Shown: positions 38,268-49,397 of the stretch, piece after piece
How the letters are laid out: each line of letters begins with the position of its first letter
Position numbering within the stretch: the stretch's first letter is position 1
DNA from: an uncultured virus (IMG/VR IMGVR_UViG_3300020599_000005)
Taxonomy: Duplodnaviria > Heunggongvirae > Uroviricota > Caudoviricetes
Reading direction: 5' to 3' (one strand)
Length of the DNA: 64,000 nt
IMG/VR virus record: IMGVR_UViG_3300020599_000005
The notes under the pieces: model-generated
What the model was told of the DNA's origin: nothing
Database searches by the model: none
Seen by the model: the letters and a program-made list of their open reading frames with translations, nothing else
Made by a program: the position numbers and the translations under genes

Positions 38268-39712
38268 ATCCACTCCTCTTTCCCTAAAAGGTGGCCATCG
38301 TTCTCATCGATCATCTGATCGGAGACGCAACCTGCCACCTTACCCATGCTCAGGCAGAAGAAATGTAGCTTATCGGCGGCTCGACGTGGGTTGGAGTGGA
38401 ACACGCTGTACTCCGAGAACCCAGAAAGAATCGAAACCTGTGTCTGCAAGTCTCGAGTCTTCTCATCCAGTAACTCAACGCCCAAGCAGTCGAAGACGTT
38501 ATAGACGATGTAAGGGATCTTGAAGTTCATCTGCATCTGGATGTGCCACTCGATCCCGCCCTGATCCGCAATAGCATCACCCGTCTCAAAGTAGAGCTTC
38601 TGACGTTTGACGTGCTGATCGAGCTGGTAGCCCAGACTGTAACTTGGCTCCTTACCCTTGGCCACTCGAATCTTGCGGTATACGCACATCGAGCAGATAA
38701 TTTGGAATGAAGCCGGGAAGGTTCCGACGTTCCAACGATCGTAACTGGCCAGGTTCTCGACAGTGCCATCAGCTTTGACTTTGGTCTTGGCACCTTGACG
38801 GTAGTTGAAGTAACGAAACTCTGGTGGTACAGAGGGGTCAGAGAACACTTCAGCAGGATCGTAACCGGCCTTGGTCAAGACGTCGAGCATGACACCCATG
38901 TCGAAGTCCATGTTCCAGAAGGTGATGAAGTCAGGTTGCCACTTATGTGCCCGCTGGATGCATTCGTAGACCAGCTCAGCGGAAGTTTCACGAATGCAGA
39001 TCTCGAACTTGATACCCCGTGCTTCGATGTCCTTGCCCAGGTGTTTCTCCAGGGCTTGCATGACCTTCTCTTCCACGTTGGCGATCCCATCCACCCAACG
39101 TTTAAGGATACCTACGAAGGCCTTGTCTTTGAAGGTCAGGGACACCAAGATGGGTTCACGCCCATCGCCATTGACCACATCGGTCTCAGTGTCAAGCACC
39201 GCCACTTTGTTCGGCGTGAAAATATTGTTGTATTTACGCTGGTAACCCGCTTTGATCAGCGTGGGGGTGGTGATATCACAGCCGTATAGGTACTGGTTAC
39301 GCGCCAGCATCCGTAATTGAGTATTCGGGTTCCCCCAGCCTTGAGCCCTGACGATCGACTCGTTCAAGTTGGCCTGGGTGGTGCGGAACAGCTGGAGCTT
39401 GTCCAGATATTCCCATTCTTTCTTGTCCTTGTAGTTCTGGTAGGGTTTCTTCACCAGCCAGAAAGGACGCTCGAAATCCTTGATGAACCGCAGGCACGGA
39501 ACTTTAGAGCCATCCTTATAGTGGATGAGTTCTTTAATGGTCAGCAGGTCGGAGCCCTTGGTAAACTTGCTGGGCGTGTAAGTGGCGTGTTTGCACTCAT
39601 ATGCCTCCACTTCGCTCTCATCGACATGGATGGTTCTCGCTGTTCCGTCTTTGTAAAGTTGCTCGCGGATTTCAGCATCAGTGAGATAACGGATGGTATT
39701 TACAGCAGACAT
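38268..39712 (-). CDS. Family-B DNA polymerase N-terminal/exonuclease subunit, exon 1
   Basis: ExoI DTETD, ExoII FWNMDFD, SYSL, ExoIII YNVFD. Confidence 0.9.
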
Positions 39713-39774
39713 TGTTTATCCTCTGGCATGCCTTGTACATCATCTCCGGTATGTGTACTAAAAGACTTGACTCA

Positions 39775-39784
39775 ATTCTATGAC
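39775..39784 (+). promoter_or_regulatory. Putative late promoter ATTCTATGAC
   Basis: Identical 10-mer at 53715-53724; both precede structural operons; contains the phiKZ late consensus TATG. Confidence 0.55.
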
Positions 39785-39824
39785 GTTTACACTCCAGTAA
39801 CTCCTACTACGGGCTGGCCTTTTT

Positions 39825-41147
39825 ATGAAATTCACACTCGCCGATCTTGGCATGGAAGCCATCGACTTCCAACGCAACGCCAAGCTCAACACCGAACTCA
39901 CCATTTTCTTCACCCAGCTCAAAGGCCTGGATGATCCGGCCCGTCAGAGCGAGATCCTGGCTTCCATCTCCAAAGTCATCTTTGAGGAGACTGGGATGTC
40001 GGTGACGGTAAGCATCACGGATGCCGATAACTACAAGATGTCCGGCGGTCCCATCCCGCTGACACGTAATCACCCGTTTGCTACGGCAGACTTCCGCATG
40101 AAGCTGATGCGCGTCAACATGTCCCGTCAAGGCATCCAGAAAGCCGTGGGTGGGGATGTTGACGACAAAGCCTGCCGTGTCTCGGGTTCTTTCTCCGAAG
40201 TGCCCTGCTTCGTCAACATCCCCAAGAAGTTCTTCACATCGGACAAGTTCTCTGGCGAAGAGATCGCTGCCGGGAGTCTGCATGAACTGGGTCACTGTTA
40301 CGGGTACTTCCGTTTTCTGGGCCAGGCCTTCCGTTCCAACCTGGTGATTCGTGACATTGCCCTGACCTGGGCTGAGACCGATGATACCAAGGTACGCATC
40401 AAGGTCCTTGATGAAGCCGAGAACATCATCGGTAAGAAGTTTGAGAACAAAGCTGAGCTGGCCAAGGCTGGTGAAGCAGACATCCCGATCACCATCGTCG
40501 CAGCGAATGCCATCGATGATGCCCGCAGTGAGCTGGGTACCAAGTTCTATGATCAGCGTGCCTTCGAGGCAATGGCCGATCAGTTCGCTGCCCGTCACGG
40601 TGCAGGTCGTGCACTGGTTACGCTGATGGACAAGATCGGCCGTGACTCCAATGTGCTCACACGCAATGGCCAATATGACCCGGCCATCACCAAGCTGGTG
40701 TTCAACGTGCTGTCGCTGGCATTCTCTGCCGTGACTCCAGCCAAGGGTGCACTGCTCGGCCTGAAGTTCACCACCGACGCCTTGATCTTCTCTCAGATCC
40801 TTGGCGGCACTGTGAACATCTTCCTGGGCAGCCTGATGGGCGACTTCTCCTACGACGATCCCTACAACCGTTACAAATCGGTACGTCAGGAGCTGATAGC
40901 CTCCCTCAAGGATCGCTCCACGTCGCCCGAGTACCAACGAGGTGTGCTGCAAGATATCGAGGTGGTGGATCAGGCCATGTCGGCTCTGAATCGTTTCCCG
41001 ACCATCACCTCGCTGATCAACAAGTTCATCGGCGGCACCATCAACGGTTCTCGGAAGGAAATGGCCTTCCAGCGCCAGTTTGAAGAGCTGGCCAACAACG
41101 AACTCTTCGCCAAAGCGGCGCAACTGTCTCAACTCCCCGGAGCCTGA
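39825..41147 (+). CDS. Virion protein with zincin metalloprotease motif (phiKZ gp84-like)
   Basis: LGMEA cleavage site, HELGH, E.MADQFA..HG.G. Confidence 0.75.
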   Translation: MKFTLADLGMEAIDFQRNAKLNTELTIFFTQLKGLDDPARQSEILASISKVIFEETGMSVTVSITDADNYKMSGGPIPLTRNHPFATADFRMKLMRVNMSRQGIQKAVGGDVDDKACRVSGSFSEVPCFVNIPKKFFTSDKFSGEEIAAGSLHELGHCYGYFRFLGQAFRSNLVIRDIALTWAETDDTKVRIKVLDEAENIIGKKFENKAELAKAGEADIPITIVAANAIDDARSELGTKFYDQRAFEAMADQFAARHGAGRALVTLMDKIGRDSNVLTRNGQYDPAITKLVFNVLSLAFSAVTPAKGALLGLKFTTDALIFSQILGGTVNIFLGSLMGDFSYDDPYNRYKSVRQELIASLKDRSTSPEYQRGVLQDIEVVDQAMSALNRFPTITSLINKFIGGTINGSRKEMAFQRQFEELANNELFAKAAQLSQLPGA

Positions 41148-41150
41148 TTC

Positions 41151-41630
41151 ATGTACAACCTGACCCCCCTCTACAGCGCCTTCGCTGAGTTCCCGGACGT
41201 CACGCCGGAGAACCGTACCGCCCGTATCGAAATGGCCCTGGCCCGACAGATCGCGTTCCGTCTGCCCCTGCCCAGTGCGCCGGTCGTTGGTCTGGTCAAG
41301 TACTACGCCGAAACCAGTTCCCCGCTGGTGCGCAAGGCCATCTCCGACCTGAACGAGCAGTACCCGATCAACACCGAGTTCACCCTGAACCTGACGTTCG
41401 AACTCTGGCGCCAGCGTTACCTGCTGGTGCATCAGCCGACCGACCTCGAGGTCGAAGCGCTGTTGCAGTCCCTGTTCGCCAGCCAGAGCTTCACCCGCGG
41501 CAATATCGCTCCGCGCTATCAGGCCTGCTTCGGTCAGGAGCTGCCGTACCTTGCCAGCTCCCTGATCAACGAGTTCGTGGCTGATGCTGTTCCGACTGCA
41601 TCCGATACGCCCAACGAGCCGCAACTCTGA
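41151..41630 (+). CDS. Virion structural protein (gp85-like)
   Basis: 159 aa in the structural operon, strong codon bias. Confidence 0.7.
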   Translation: MYNLTPLYSAFAEFPDVTPENRTARIEMALARQIAFRLPLPSAPVVGLVKYYAETSSPLVRKAISDLNEQYPINTEFTLNLTFELWRQRYLLVHQPTDLEVEALLQSLFASQSFTRGNIAPRYQACFGQELPYLASSLINEFVADAVPTASDTPNEPQL

Positions 41631-41636
41631 CCATCA

Positions 41637-41666
41637 CCCCCCTACCTTCGGGTAGGGGGTTTTATT
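41637..41666 (+). terminator. Terminator hairpin
   Basis: ACCCCCTACC-TTCG-GGTAGGGGGT-TTT. Confidence 0.7.
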
Positions 41667-41688
41667 CCATCTCAGGCCTGAGGGTGCT

Positions 41689-43017
41689 ATGAGCGATTTC
41701 CCAGGATTTGAACTCGGTGAAGTGCCCGAAGAAGAACTTCCCGATGAATTTGTGGACGTCACCGACCACGATGTCAAGGTGGCGTTGGAAACCATCCACA
41801 AGATCGACGATTTGTTAAGAACCCTGGAGATTACCCAGGCGATTGATCGCACCACGGCTTCGACCTTGCGTACCTTCTGCACGGGATTGGAGTCAATCCA
41901 GAATCACTTTAACACCTATCCCCTGTGTTCCTACACCCGTGCGCCTTCCTCGACTAACCTGAAGGCCACCCAGGAGAGTCTTGGGTTAGCGGCGCTGGCA
42001 GCACTGCGTAATTTCATCAAGGCTGTCCTGAAATTCCTCTCTGACGTGATCAAAGGTATCCTGGCTTACCGTCGATCCAACCGCCGAGCGGTGGCCATGG
42101 CGGCTAGAGTGGCCAATAACGTCGAAGTGCTCTCCGAACTCAACGCCAAGACCGAGGACATCCTCCGAGATACCCTTTCACCGACGATCTCACCTAAGTT
42201 TGTCGAGAAAATGCAGTCGATTGAATCCAGTGTGCTGCGTACCACCAAGATTAAGTGGAATGCACTGCTTGATAAGGTCGCTAATGGGTATCAGGACCCG
42301 ACTACGGACCCTTTGTGGCTCTTCCGGTGCATTGTGACCAGTATCAACGTCGATGCTGAGAAGGTGGAACAGTACCTCAAGCACTTATTGCAGCATCTTG
42401 GCGATGAAAACCCTGACTACCTGGTGTCGAACGACCCAATGGCTGTGAACAAGAACGAGCCGTTGTTGGAAATCGCCACCAAGCTCGGTGCATGGCCCAC
42501 GGAACTGGGGAATGGCGACTGGACAGACTACCAGAAGCTTGCCTATAGCCTCCAGAACCGTCTGAAAGGCTTCCAGATGACCATGGCGGGGGGCAGTATC
42601 GACCTTTCTAGTCTGCGTACCTCGCTGACTACCGTTCGTAGCCTGCTCAGTGACAGTTATCTACGTGAATTTGAGTCCAATACCAGTGCCTTGTCCTCAG
42701 TAGACAAGCGAATGGATGAAGTCATGGTCAAGTTGCGTAAGCAAGTGGAGGTATTGGACCCAATAGAAGGCAACGCCGCCCGAGACCTGAACCAAGTCAT
42801 GTCCTTGATGCGGTCCTACACCTTAGGATTGCAGAACATGGACAACACCGCCCGACTGATTTTCGGTCAGGTGGGCTATCTGACCAACATTTTCGCTGAA
42901 TATGAGCGTCTACGCCGTAAGGCTATGGACGAATTCATCACTGGACCGGGATTGGAGACCTCTGATCGGCAACGTCTGGTCAAATTGAGGGATCAATACC
43001 GTAAGAAACTGCACTGA
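41689..43017 (+). CDS. Virion head protein with acidic propeptide (gp86-like)
   Basis: YT..PS.TNLKATQES motif. Confidence 0.7.
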   Translation: MSDFPGFELGEVPEEELPDEFVDVTDHDVKVALETIHKIDDLLRTLEITQAIDRTTASTLRTFCTGLESIQNHFNTYPLCSYTRAPSSTNLKATQESLGLAALAALRNFIKAVLKFLSDVIKGILAYRRSNRRAVAMAARVANNVEVLSELNAKTEDILRDTLSPTISPKFVEKMQSIESSVLRTTKIKWNALLDKVANGYQDPTTDPLWLFRCIVTSINVDAEKVEQYLKHLLQHLGDENPDYLVSNDPMAVNKNEPLLEIATKLGAWPTELGNGDWTDYQKLAYSLQNRLKGFQMTMAGGSIDLSSLRTSLTTVRSLLSDSYLREFESNTSALSSVDKRMDEVMVKLRKQVEVLDPIEGNAARDLNQVMSLMRSYTLGLQNMDNTARLIFGQVGYLTNIFAEYERLRRKAMDEFITGPGLETSDRQRLVKLRDQYRKKLH

Positions 43018-43063
43018 AACGACATAAACGGGGAGGTCAGAAGACCTCCCCGCGTTATGCCGC

Positions 43064-45985
43064 CTATGACTCAGTGTGGCGTACCCATTCGATGTCGATG
43101 GCATCGGCTACTGCCAATGTCCCATCGGGCATCGCGACCGCTTTCTTACCGATACACAGGCGACCGGAGTCATCCTCGATGGTAATCACGTCAAAATCAT
43201 CCACCCCACCCAGCTGACCGACCTTCACGGCGATGACATCGTTACCGACCACCGCTTTGATGTTGGTCGCACACTCATCCCGCGTTACCACCGCATCTTC
43301 AAATACCGATGCCATGATCTCAGTGGCTGAACTGGCCAACTGTTTACGCAGGTCTGCATCCGCGTAAACCGCTCGCGTGACGTAGAAGGTGATAACCGGG
43401 TGTTGTGCCGCCGAGATGGTCTTCGATTGCTCCTCGCCCACCAGCACATCGAGCACACCGATGGTGGACTTAGGATGGAAGTACAGCTTGGTTTGTTCCA
43501 ACAGCACTTCGACCAATGGCTGTAGATCGTCCGTCAACCACTGCACCAGGGTAGCCGGTACGCTTTTGCGGTACGCGACATCCAGCGCAGCGGTGGCGAA
43601 GTAATAGACGCCGTCCATGAGGAAGATATCCATTTGCCGGACGATGGTTCGGTCATCCGAGATGATCGGTTCGCCATTGGCATCGAGCATGGTCTCGCCA
43701 GCGTAATGCAGGATGGTTGGATTACCATTCTCGTCGAGCTTGACCTCACCTTTGGCATGTTCCAGTATCGGAACGGCCTTCCCGGTATCTGGATCGATCT
43801 CGAAAACCAACCGGTTGGTAGTTGGATCTTTCCGGTATTGGTTCTCCGTATACGTCAAATAGACGTCATTGTCATATTTGACGTAGTCCTGAGGACCTGC
43901 AATGGAACGAGCCCGCGTCCATAACCCGTTCATGTTGTCGCCGAACTTCAGGCGCACCGACTCCATATAGACACCGATAACGTCAGCCGGCAACAGGAAG
44001 TCGCCGATCTGGGTGTCGATCCAACTGGTGGTCTGCCCGTCCACATCGTTATTGGCCACGATGTAGATCAGGTTGAACGATGCCGTCAACTGCGTGGCAT
44101 AGTTACGGACCACTGGCTCGTACATGGCAAAGTTGGTGAGCGTCAGGTTGTGATTGGCATCTACGTCCCAGTTGGTGGTGATGTCGAACTGGTAGATGCG
44201 CTCATTGGTATCCGGGTTCTTACCGACCAGGGTACCGTTCATGTACGCACCGTCCGATTCACCGACTGGCTGGAACATCAGTTGCACGTAGACGTTGGCG
44301 TCATCCAGTTCCTTGAACGCATCGCTGGAGTCGGTCTGCACCAGCAACCGCCATCCAGTAGCTGTTCTCGACAACTCCGTGATCGAGGAGTTTACCCCCA
44401 GACCTGTGGTGTCGTTATCCTCGACAAACGATTTAAACACGATCTCCGGGGCGTCGAAGTAATACGGACGCGTCTGGAACGTGTTCTCGGTGGTGTCGAG
44501 GACATAATGGAATGGACTGTAGAGGTACTCGTTGTTGGAGATCTTCTCTGCTTGTTTATCCAGCGTCAGTGCCTTGATCGCTGCCAACTCGCTGTCGCTG
44601 ACGATCGACAGCACCCCGTTACTGCTGAGGTAAAGCATGTCAGGCGTCAAGGTCAATCGGTTGCCATTGTCGATCACCGCGTTCATCCCAGCCAAGGTCT
44701 TGAGCGTGGCCGAGAGCATGCCCATGGTGGTCCCTGCCCCGGTGACCAGATCGCCGGTATCGGGTTTGGGCAATTGTCGTGTTGCCAGGAACACCCGATT
44801 GGTGATGTTGTCGACGTTGACCACGGTGCTGTAACCCAGGTCTTCCAACCGACTGGTGATCTGAGCATTCGTGATCGGCACATCGTTCGGACCCAGGGAA
44901 CTGCGCATGACGCGCGCACGCAATTGCTCAAAGGTCAGACCGTTGGTGCCGCCTGTAGCCAGGTCATCGGAATAGACGGACATCGACTCCATGTTGCGAA
45001 TCGGGGCCACGTACTTATCGTTGTCGTCCTTGTCCAGGTTGATGAAGCTGGCCACGAACTGGTTGGACAGGTAGCTGGACAGTGCCTGATTGATCGGACC
45101 TTTGGTGGTGTAGATGTCGATGCGCAGTTCGGTGTTGATCAGCCCCGTGGTGTAGTACACCTGGGGGATGGTCACTTGTAGCACATTGTCGATCACCTTG
45201 AGCAGCACCGTCGGCGTCAGGGGGTCGAAGACCTGGTCCGAGTGCGTGGTCTTGACCTCGGTCCAATTACCGGAGAGATCAGCCAGGTAAGCACGGCAGT
45301 GGTAGTACTGGTCTTGCAGGTCGTAAGATTTCTTGAAGGCGGTGGTGCCGTTCAGACTGGCATTGTAGCTATCGATGCGGTATTGCAGCAGCGGCACGGT
45401 GATCGCCAGGTACTCGGTGTGCTCGGTGTTGTAGTTCTGGATAGTCCAGTCGACCTTGTTGCTCTGCAAGGTCTGGATGGGACTGGGTTTGTTACCATCG
45501 TACACCAGCTGCAATCCACCATGACCCATCACCCGAATATCGATCGGGTACGTAAAGGTGAACGGCAGCCCAGCAACGTCCACCCGAGTGTTGCGGGGGA
45601 TGGTCAGCTTACGCACATTACCCGAACCGATGGCAATGGCTTTCTGAATCACTTCTTCCTTGGCAATCAGGAAGGTGATATTAGCCTTACCAGGGGTGGC
45701 AAATCGGCCGATGTAATCTTTGTCCGACATGTGCAGGTACAGTTCTTCAAATGTCAAGGCATTCGAAGGGTACTGTTTACGGTTCAGCACTTCGGACTGC
45801 ATCATGCCGGCTGCACCGACTGTGGCCGAGGCTTCCAGCAAAAAGACGAAGGGGTTGCTGGGGTCGATGATTTCCAGACCACCCGTGTAGGTTTGTTCGA
45901 CCTGGGCAATCATAGCGCGCTGAATGGCACCTGGATCGTACTGTGCAGTGTTGATCAAGTCGATCAGATTACTCCGGTCGCTCAT
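43064..45985 (-). CDS. Baseplate wedge-like structural protein (phiKZ gp87-like)
   Basis: 973 aa; DPSNPF..LLE, A.GG......L.R baseplate-J-like pattern; synteny. Confidence 0.72.
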   Translation of the reverse strand: MSDRSNLIDLINTAQYDPGAIQRAMIAQVEQTYTGGLEIIDPSNPFVFLLEASATVGAAGMMQSEVLNRKQYPSNALTFEELYLHMSDKDYIGRFATPGKANITFLIAKEEVIQKAIAIGSGNVRKLTIPRNTRVDVAGLPFTFTYPIDIRVMGHGGLQLVYDGNKPSPIQTLQSNKVDWTIQNYNTEHTEYLAITVPLLQYRIDSYNASLNGTTAFKKSYDLQDQYYHCRAYLADLSGNWTEVKTTHSDQVFDPLTPTVLLKVIDNVLQVTIPQVYYTTGLINTELRIDIYTTKGPINQALSSYLSNQFVASFINLDKDDNDKYVAPIRNMESMSVYSDDLATGGTNGLTFEQLRARVMRSSLGPNDVPITNAQITSRLEDLGYSTVVNVDNITNRVFLATRQLPKPDTGDLVTGAGTTMGMLSATLKTLAGMNAVIDNGNRLTLTPDMLYLSSNGVLSIVSDSELAAIKALTLDKQAEKISNNEYLYSPFHYVLDTTENTFQTRPYYFDAPEIVFKSFVEDNDTTGLGVNSSITELSRTATGWRLLVQTDSSDAFKELDDANVYVQLMFQPVGESDGAYMNGTLVGKNPDTNERIYQFDITTNWDVDANHNLTLTNFAMYEPVVRNYATQLTASFNLIYIVANNDVDGQTTSWIDTQIGDFLLPADVIGVYMESVRLKFGDNMNGLWTRARSIAGPQDYVKYDNDVYLTYTENQYRKDPTTNRLVFEIDPDTGKAVPILEHAKGEVKLDENGNPTILHYAGETMLDANGEPIISDDRTIVRQMDIFLMDGVYYFATAALDVAYRKSVPATLVQWLTDDLQPLVEVLLEQTKLYFHPKSTIGVLDVLVGEEQSKTISAAQHPVITFYVTRAVYADADLRKQLASSATEIMASVFEDAVVTRDECATNIKAVVGNDVIAVKVGQLGGVDDFDVITIEDDSGRLCIGKKAVAMPDGTLAVADAIDIEWVRHTES

Positions 45986-47196
45986 TGGTTTCTCCAGGTA
46001 TCGGTTTCATTCGGGATGGTGGTTTCAAGGATGCGGGTGCCGTTCTTGTCGGTCGCTGCACGATTACGGTTGTAATCGATTATGCCTTGCGCAGTCACCA
46101 TGCTGGTATTCAGACTCGTGTACTCGCGGTACAGGTCTTTATGCACCCACCACTCCAGCTCCTGAGTGGTTTCATTGATCCGCGGGTACCCAGTGTAGTT
46201 AAAGAGAGGGCGCTCAGCTGGCGTCAGCTTTTGGAAGTAACTGGAACGTGAAGCGTCTTCCATCTGCGGGTTGAACTTATAGACAGCCGAGTTGAACTCT
46301 TCCAGCACCAGCGGATCGTTATAGATGGCACCCACGCAATCAAACGACATGCTGATCTGGTTGACTTCATCAGTCATCGGGTTATCGCGGCTGTAATTGA
46401 AGCTGGCGCCGATGTTCAGGGAAGAGGGCATCGCCACACCACAGCACGCCCACTTCTGTACGTACGTGCCTGTGACATCTAGCACCAGACGGTAAACCCG
46501 GGTCATGTAGTCGATTTCATTTTCGACGATGCAGTAAGGCCACGGCACCATCTCGCCGACATAAACAGCACCCATGTAGATCAACCAGGCATGGAAGAGC
46601 GTGGTGATTGGATCACCCTTAATGTTTTGGAAGTTACAGTTAAGGGTATAGTGGCCATTGATGCGAACGTTGCTGTCGTTCATCATCCAGGTCTCTTTGG
46701 CCACACCCTCCTGAGAGATGTATGCATTCGCCACCAAATCCGGCCATCCCGTGCACGAGATCAGCGTGTTGGACAGCAGCGGAATGAAAGGCATGTTCGA
46801 GTCGACCAGACCTGGACTGACCAGGCCGGAGTCGCTGGTGAGGTCCGGACTGAGCAGCAAACGGATGGCGCGTTGGTACGTGTTCTCAGCCCTGGACAGC
46901 AAATGGGTGAGCTGACGCACTTGCCCAAGGTTATCGTATGACAAATTCAGATTGGGCCGGGTAAAGAAGGTCAGACCTTGTATATCCGTGTTCGTCGGAA
47001 CAGCGTTACCCTGCTGCCTACGGTTCAGGCCCCACATGAGGTCGGCGAACCGTGCGTCTGTGGTGCCCAGAGCCTGCTCCATCGAGACCCTGGACAACAG
47101 AGACGTTAGGTAGCCGACATCACCTCCACTGTCGACAAATCCCGCGTCTTGGGCGATCTTGTTGAGCTTACTCATAAAGGCAAATTGGTCGTCCAC
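45982..47196 (-). CDS. Tail/baseplate structural protein (gp88-like, tube-like fold)
   Basis: GLTFFTRPNLNL motif; overlaps next gene. Confidence 0.72.
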   Translation of the reverse strand: MDDQFAFMSKLNKIAQDAGFVDSGGDVGYLTSLLSRVSMEQALGTTDARFADLMWGLNRRQQGNAVPTNTDIQGLTFFTRPNLNLSYDNLGQVRQLTHLLSRAENTYQRAIRLLLSPDLTSDSGLVSPGLVDSNMPFIPLLSNTLISCTGWPDLVANAYISQEGVAKETWMMNDSNVRINGHYTLNCNFQNIKGDPITTLFHAWLIYMGAVYVGEMVPWPYCIVENEIDYMTRVYRLVLDVTGTYVQKWACCGVAMPSSLNIGASFNYSRDNPMTDEVNQISMSFDCVGAIYNDPLVLEEFNSAVYKFNPQMEDASRSSYFQKLTPAERPLFNYTGYPRINETTQELEWWVHKDLYREYTSLNTSMVTAQGIIDYNRNRAATDKNGTRILETTIPNETDTWRNQ

Positions 47197-47226
47197 TTCC
47201 TCTCTCCAACCAAGGACTTAAAAATC

Positions 47227-48477
47227 ATGCTGAGTGGTATCGCCGCTGGCGCCCTTTATGAAGCCGGTAAATGGGGCGTAAAAAAGGCTTCTTCCATCAT
47301 CGCTCCGGCTGTTCGCGATGAACTCATCAAGCGCGTCGGTGAGCAGAGCGTCGACGGTGCGTTCAACGCAGCACGTAAGGTGCTCGACACCGCTGCCAAG
47401 AGCGATTTCTCCGGCCCCACCGACCTCATCAGCTTCACTCAGTCGGCCCGCCTGGAGCCGATCATGTTGGTGGATCAGAAGGCCCTGTTGGTGCCCTTCA
47501 TCTCCGACGTTTCTCACACTATGTTGAGCCTGTTCACCGGCTACTTCCTGCAAGCGATCGCCATCGACACCAACATCTCGGGTGTCCGTGTGATGGACCG
47601 TCTGGACAAGTTCAATCCGGATCGGAACCTGCAAGAAGCCACCCGTGCACTGCTCTCCATGGAGTCTGCCGGTGCGCTGGTACCGTACGACAGTAAGGCT
47701 GCTTATGCCCACGGTCTGCCATTCCCTGGCATCAAGGTCGGGATGGAAGCCTACGGGGTCCAAGTCTCCTTCGAGGATGACGACAAGGACGCCAAGGCCG
47801 GCTACACGGCCAAGGACATGACCAAGCTGGTGCAAGATGTTACCAACCTCGCCGTGGGTAAGGTCATCGAAGTGACCATCACCGAGAATGGCCAGTCCGC
47901 TAAGGTGCCTCTCACCATCCGCCTGCGTGCCACGTCCATGCCGTCCAATGTGCTGGTCGAAACCCTGTCGGTTGGTGGCGTCGACTACTCTGCATCGGCA
48001 CGCCTGCGTGCCTGGCGTGCCGGCGAACTGCGTTTCTGGTCCGACATCGTGCTGGGTCTGGACCGTATCGACGCACACCGCGCTGCCGCTGTCAAGGACA
48101 CCTCGGGTTACTACAGCGCCGTGCATAAGCGCGACACCAACAACAAGCTCGTCAGCGTGATGAAAGGTACCCCGTCCATCGGGACTGCTTCCTCCATCAT
48201 CGTACTGACCGAGCAGACCCGCAGGGATCTGGAACGCAACATCAACGGTCGTCTGTCGGACTTCAAGGTTCGCCAGGGCATCTTCCAGAACACCTTCTCC
48301 ATGCTGATGGCTGTGGTGGACCCCGAATGGGAAAATGTCACCATCTATCACCGTGGTATCGAGATGCCCACCGAGCTGTCGGCCAAGGACCTGAAGAGCG
48401 CCTCCAAAGGCAATGGTCCCGACCTGGCTGAAATCCTCAAGGCCTACCAGCTGGGCGCCGCCCCGAGCCGCCTGTAA
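47227..48477 (+). CDS. Internal head protein (gp89-like)
   Basis: SMES/GMEA/SFED cleavage-type sites, strong codon bias, AAGGA RBS. Confidence 0.75.
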   Translation: MLSGIAAGALYEAGKWGVKKASSIIAPAVRDELIKRVGEQSVDGAFNAARKVLDTAAKSDFSGPTDLISFTQSARLEPIMLVDQKALLVPFISDVSHTMLSLFTGYFLQAIAIDTNISGVRVMDRLDKFNPDRNLQEATRALLSMESAGALVPYDSKAAYAHGLPFPGIKVGMEAYGVQVSFEDDDKDAKAGYTAKDMTKLVQDVTNLAVGKVIEVTITENGQSAKVPLTIRLRATSMPSNVLVETLSVGGVDYSASARLRAWRAGELRFWSDIVLGLDRIDAHRAAAVKDTSGYYSAVHKRDTNNKLVSVMKGTPSIGTASSIIVLTEQTRRDLERNINGRLSDFKVRQGIFQNTFSMLMAVVDPEWENVTIYHRGIEMPTELSAKDLKSASKGNGPDLAEILKAYQLGAAPSRL

Positions 48478-48503
48478 ACCCACCGTCTAGGGAACCCCCA
48501 ACC

Positions 48504-49394
48504 ATGCAAGTACTCCAGTTCATCCGTTCCCTGGCCCAGAGCTTCCAGCGCAACGACATCACGGAGAACCTCCGTCTGTTGCGCGAGGACCTCGTCAACC
48601 AAACGCTGCCTCTGTACGAGACCGCGCTGAGTGACCTGGGCGGCAAGTCGCTGCGCTCGAAAGTGGGTCAGGACTTCGTCAAGAAGTTCAACCAGGCCGT
48701 CGATACCCCGTTCCGGGGCGACTGGCTGGCTGTCAGTGTCGCTACCATGAAGGTGCTCCAGAATAACCTGGACACCCTCGAAAACCTGGTGGAGAAGAAC
48801 TTTGCCCGTGATGTGGTCATCTCCGGCATGACCTATCAGAAGGCACAGATCCTCCAGTACATCTCGTACGCGGAGTTCTTCAGCCAGTACGCCCGTCAAG
48901 TGCTGCTGTATATCACTGCTGCCGAAGCCAACGTGGTTGCCAAGACCCTGCAACCGGGTAAAGAGCGTCCGGCACCGGAGATCCAGTGGCTGGAGTCCAA
49001 CCAAGACTCCTTCTTCAAGATCTTCCGCATCGTGGTCATCAAGTCCACCGACCTGACCAAGTTGCTCGAGTCCATCCCGGAGATCACCATCACCGAGGAC
49101 AACACCGGTACCTTGGCTCAAGTGCAAGGCGTCGCCAAGCTCGACCCGCTGCAATTCGGCCTGATCAGCCTCAACTGGAACCCCTTCTACAAGATCGGGG
49201 TCAAGTGGGCCAACTATCGGATCGACAAGAACAACCGCGCCAAGGCCGAGAAGCGAGCCATCGAGTTTCGTCTGGAGCAGCTGCGCAAGCAGGCCAGCGG
49301 TCAGAATGACCCGCAACTGGAGTTGGTGATCACCAACTACGAAGACCAGGTCAACAAGCTCGCCGCCAAGATCGCCAAGTTCGAGGAGGTCTGA
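48504..49394 (+). CDS. Internal head protein (gp90-like)
   Basis: 296 aa; DP...G...WNPFY.IG motif. Confidence 0.75.
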   Translation: MQVLQFIRSLAQSFQRNDITENLRLLREDLVNQTLPLYETALSDLGGKSLRSKVGQDFVKKFNQAVDTPFRGDWLAVSVATMKVLQNNLDTLENLVEKNFARDVVISGMTYQKAQILQYISYAEFFSQYARQVLLYITAAEANVVAKTLQPGKERPAPEIQWLESNQDSFFKIFRIVVIKSTDLTKLLESIPEITITEDNTGTLAQVQGVAKLDPLQFGLISLNWNPFYKIGVKWANYRIDKNNRAKAEKRAIEFRLEQLRKQASGQNDPQLELVITNYEDQVNKLAAKIAKFEEV

Positions 49395-49397
49395 GCC

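Noticed and set aside
39807..41624. 605-aa antisense ORF, and similar long antisense ORFs (47218-48483, 48444-49661, 28435-29934, 24245-25528, 11582-12769)
   Set aside because: They mirror real genes codon for codon; strong GC3 bias removes antisense stops; no motifs recognised
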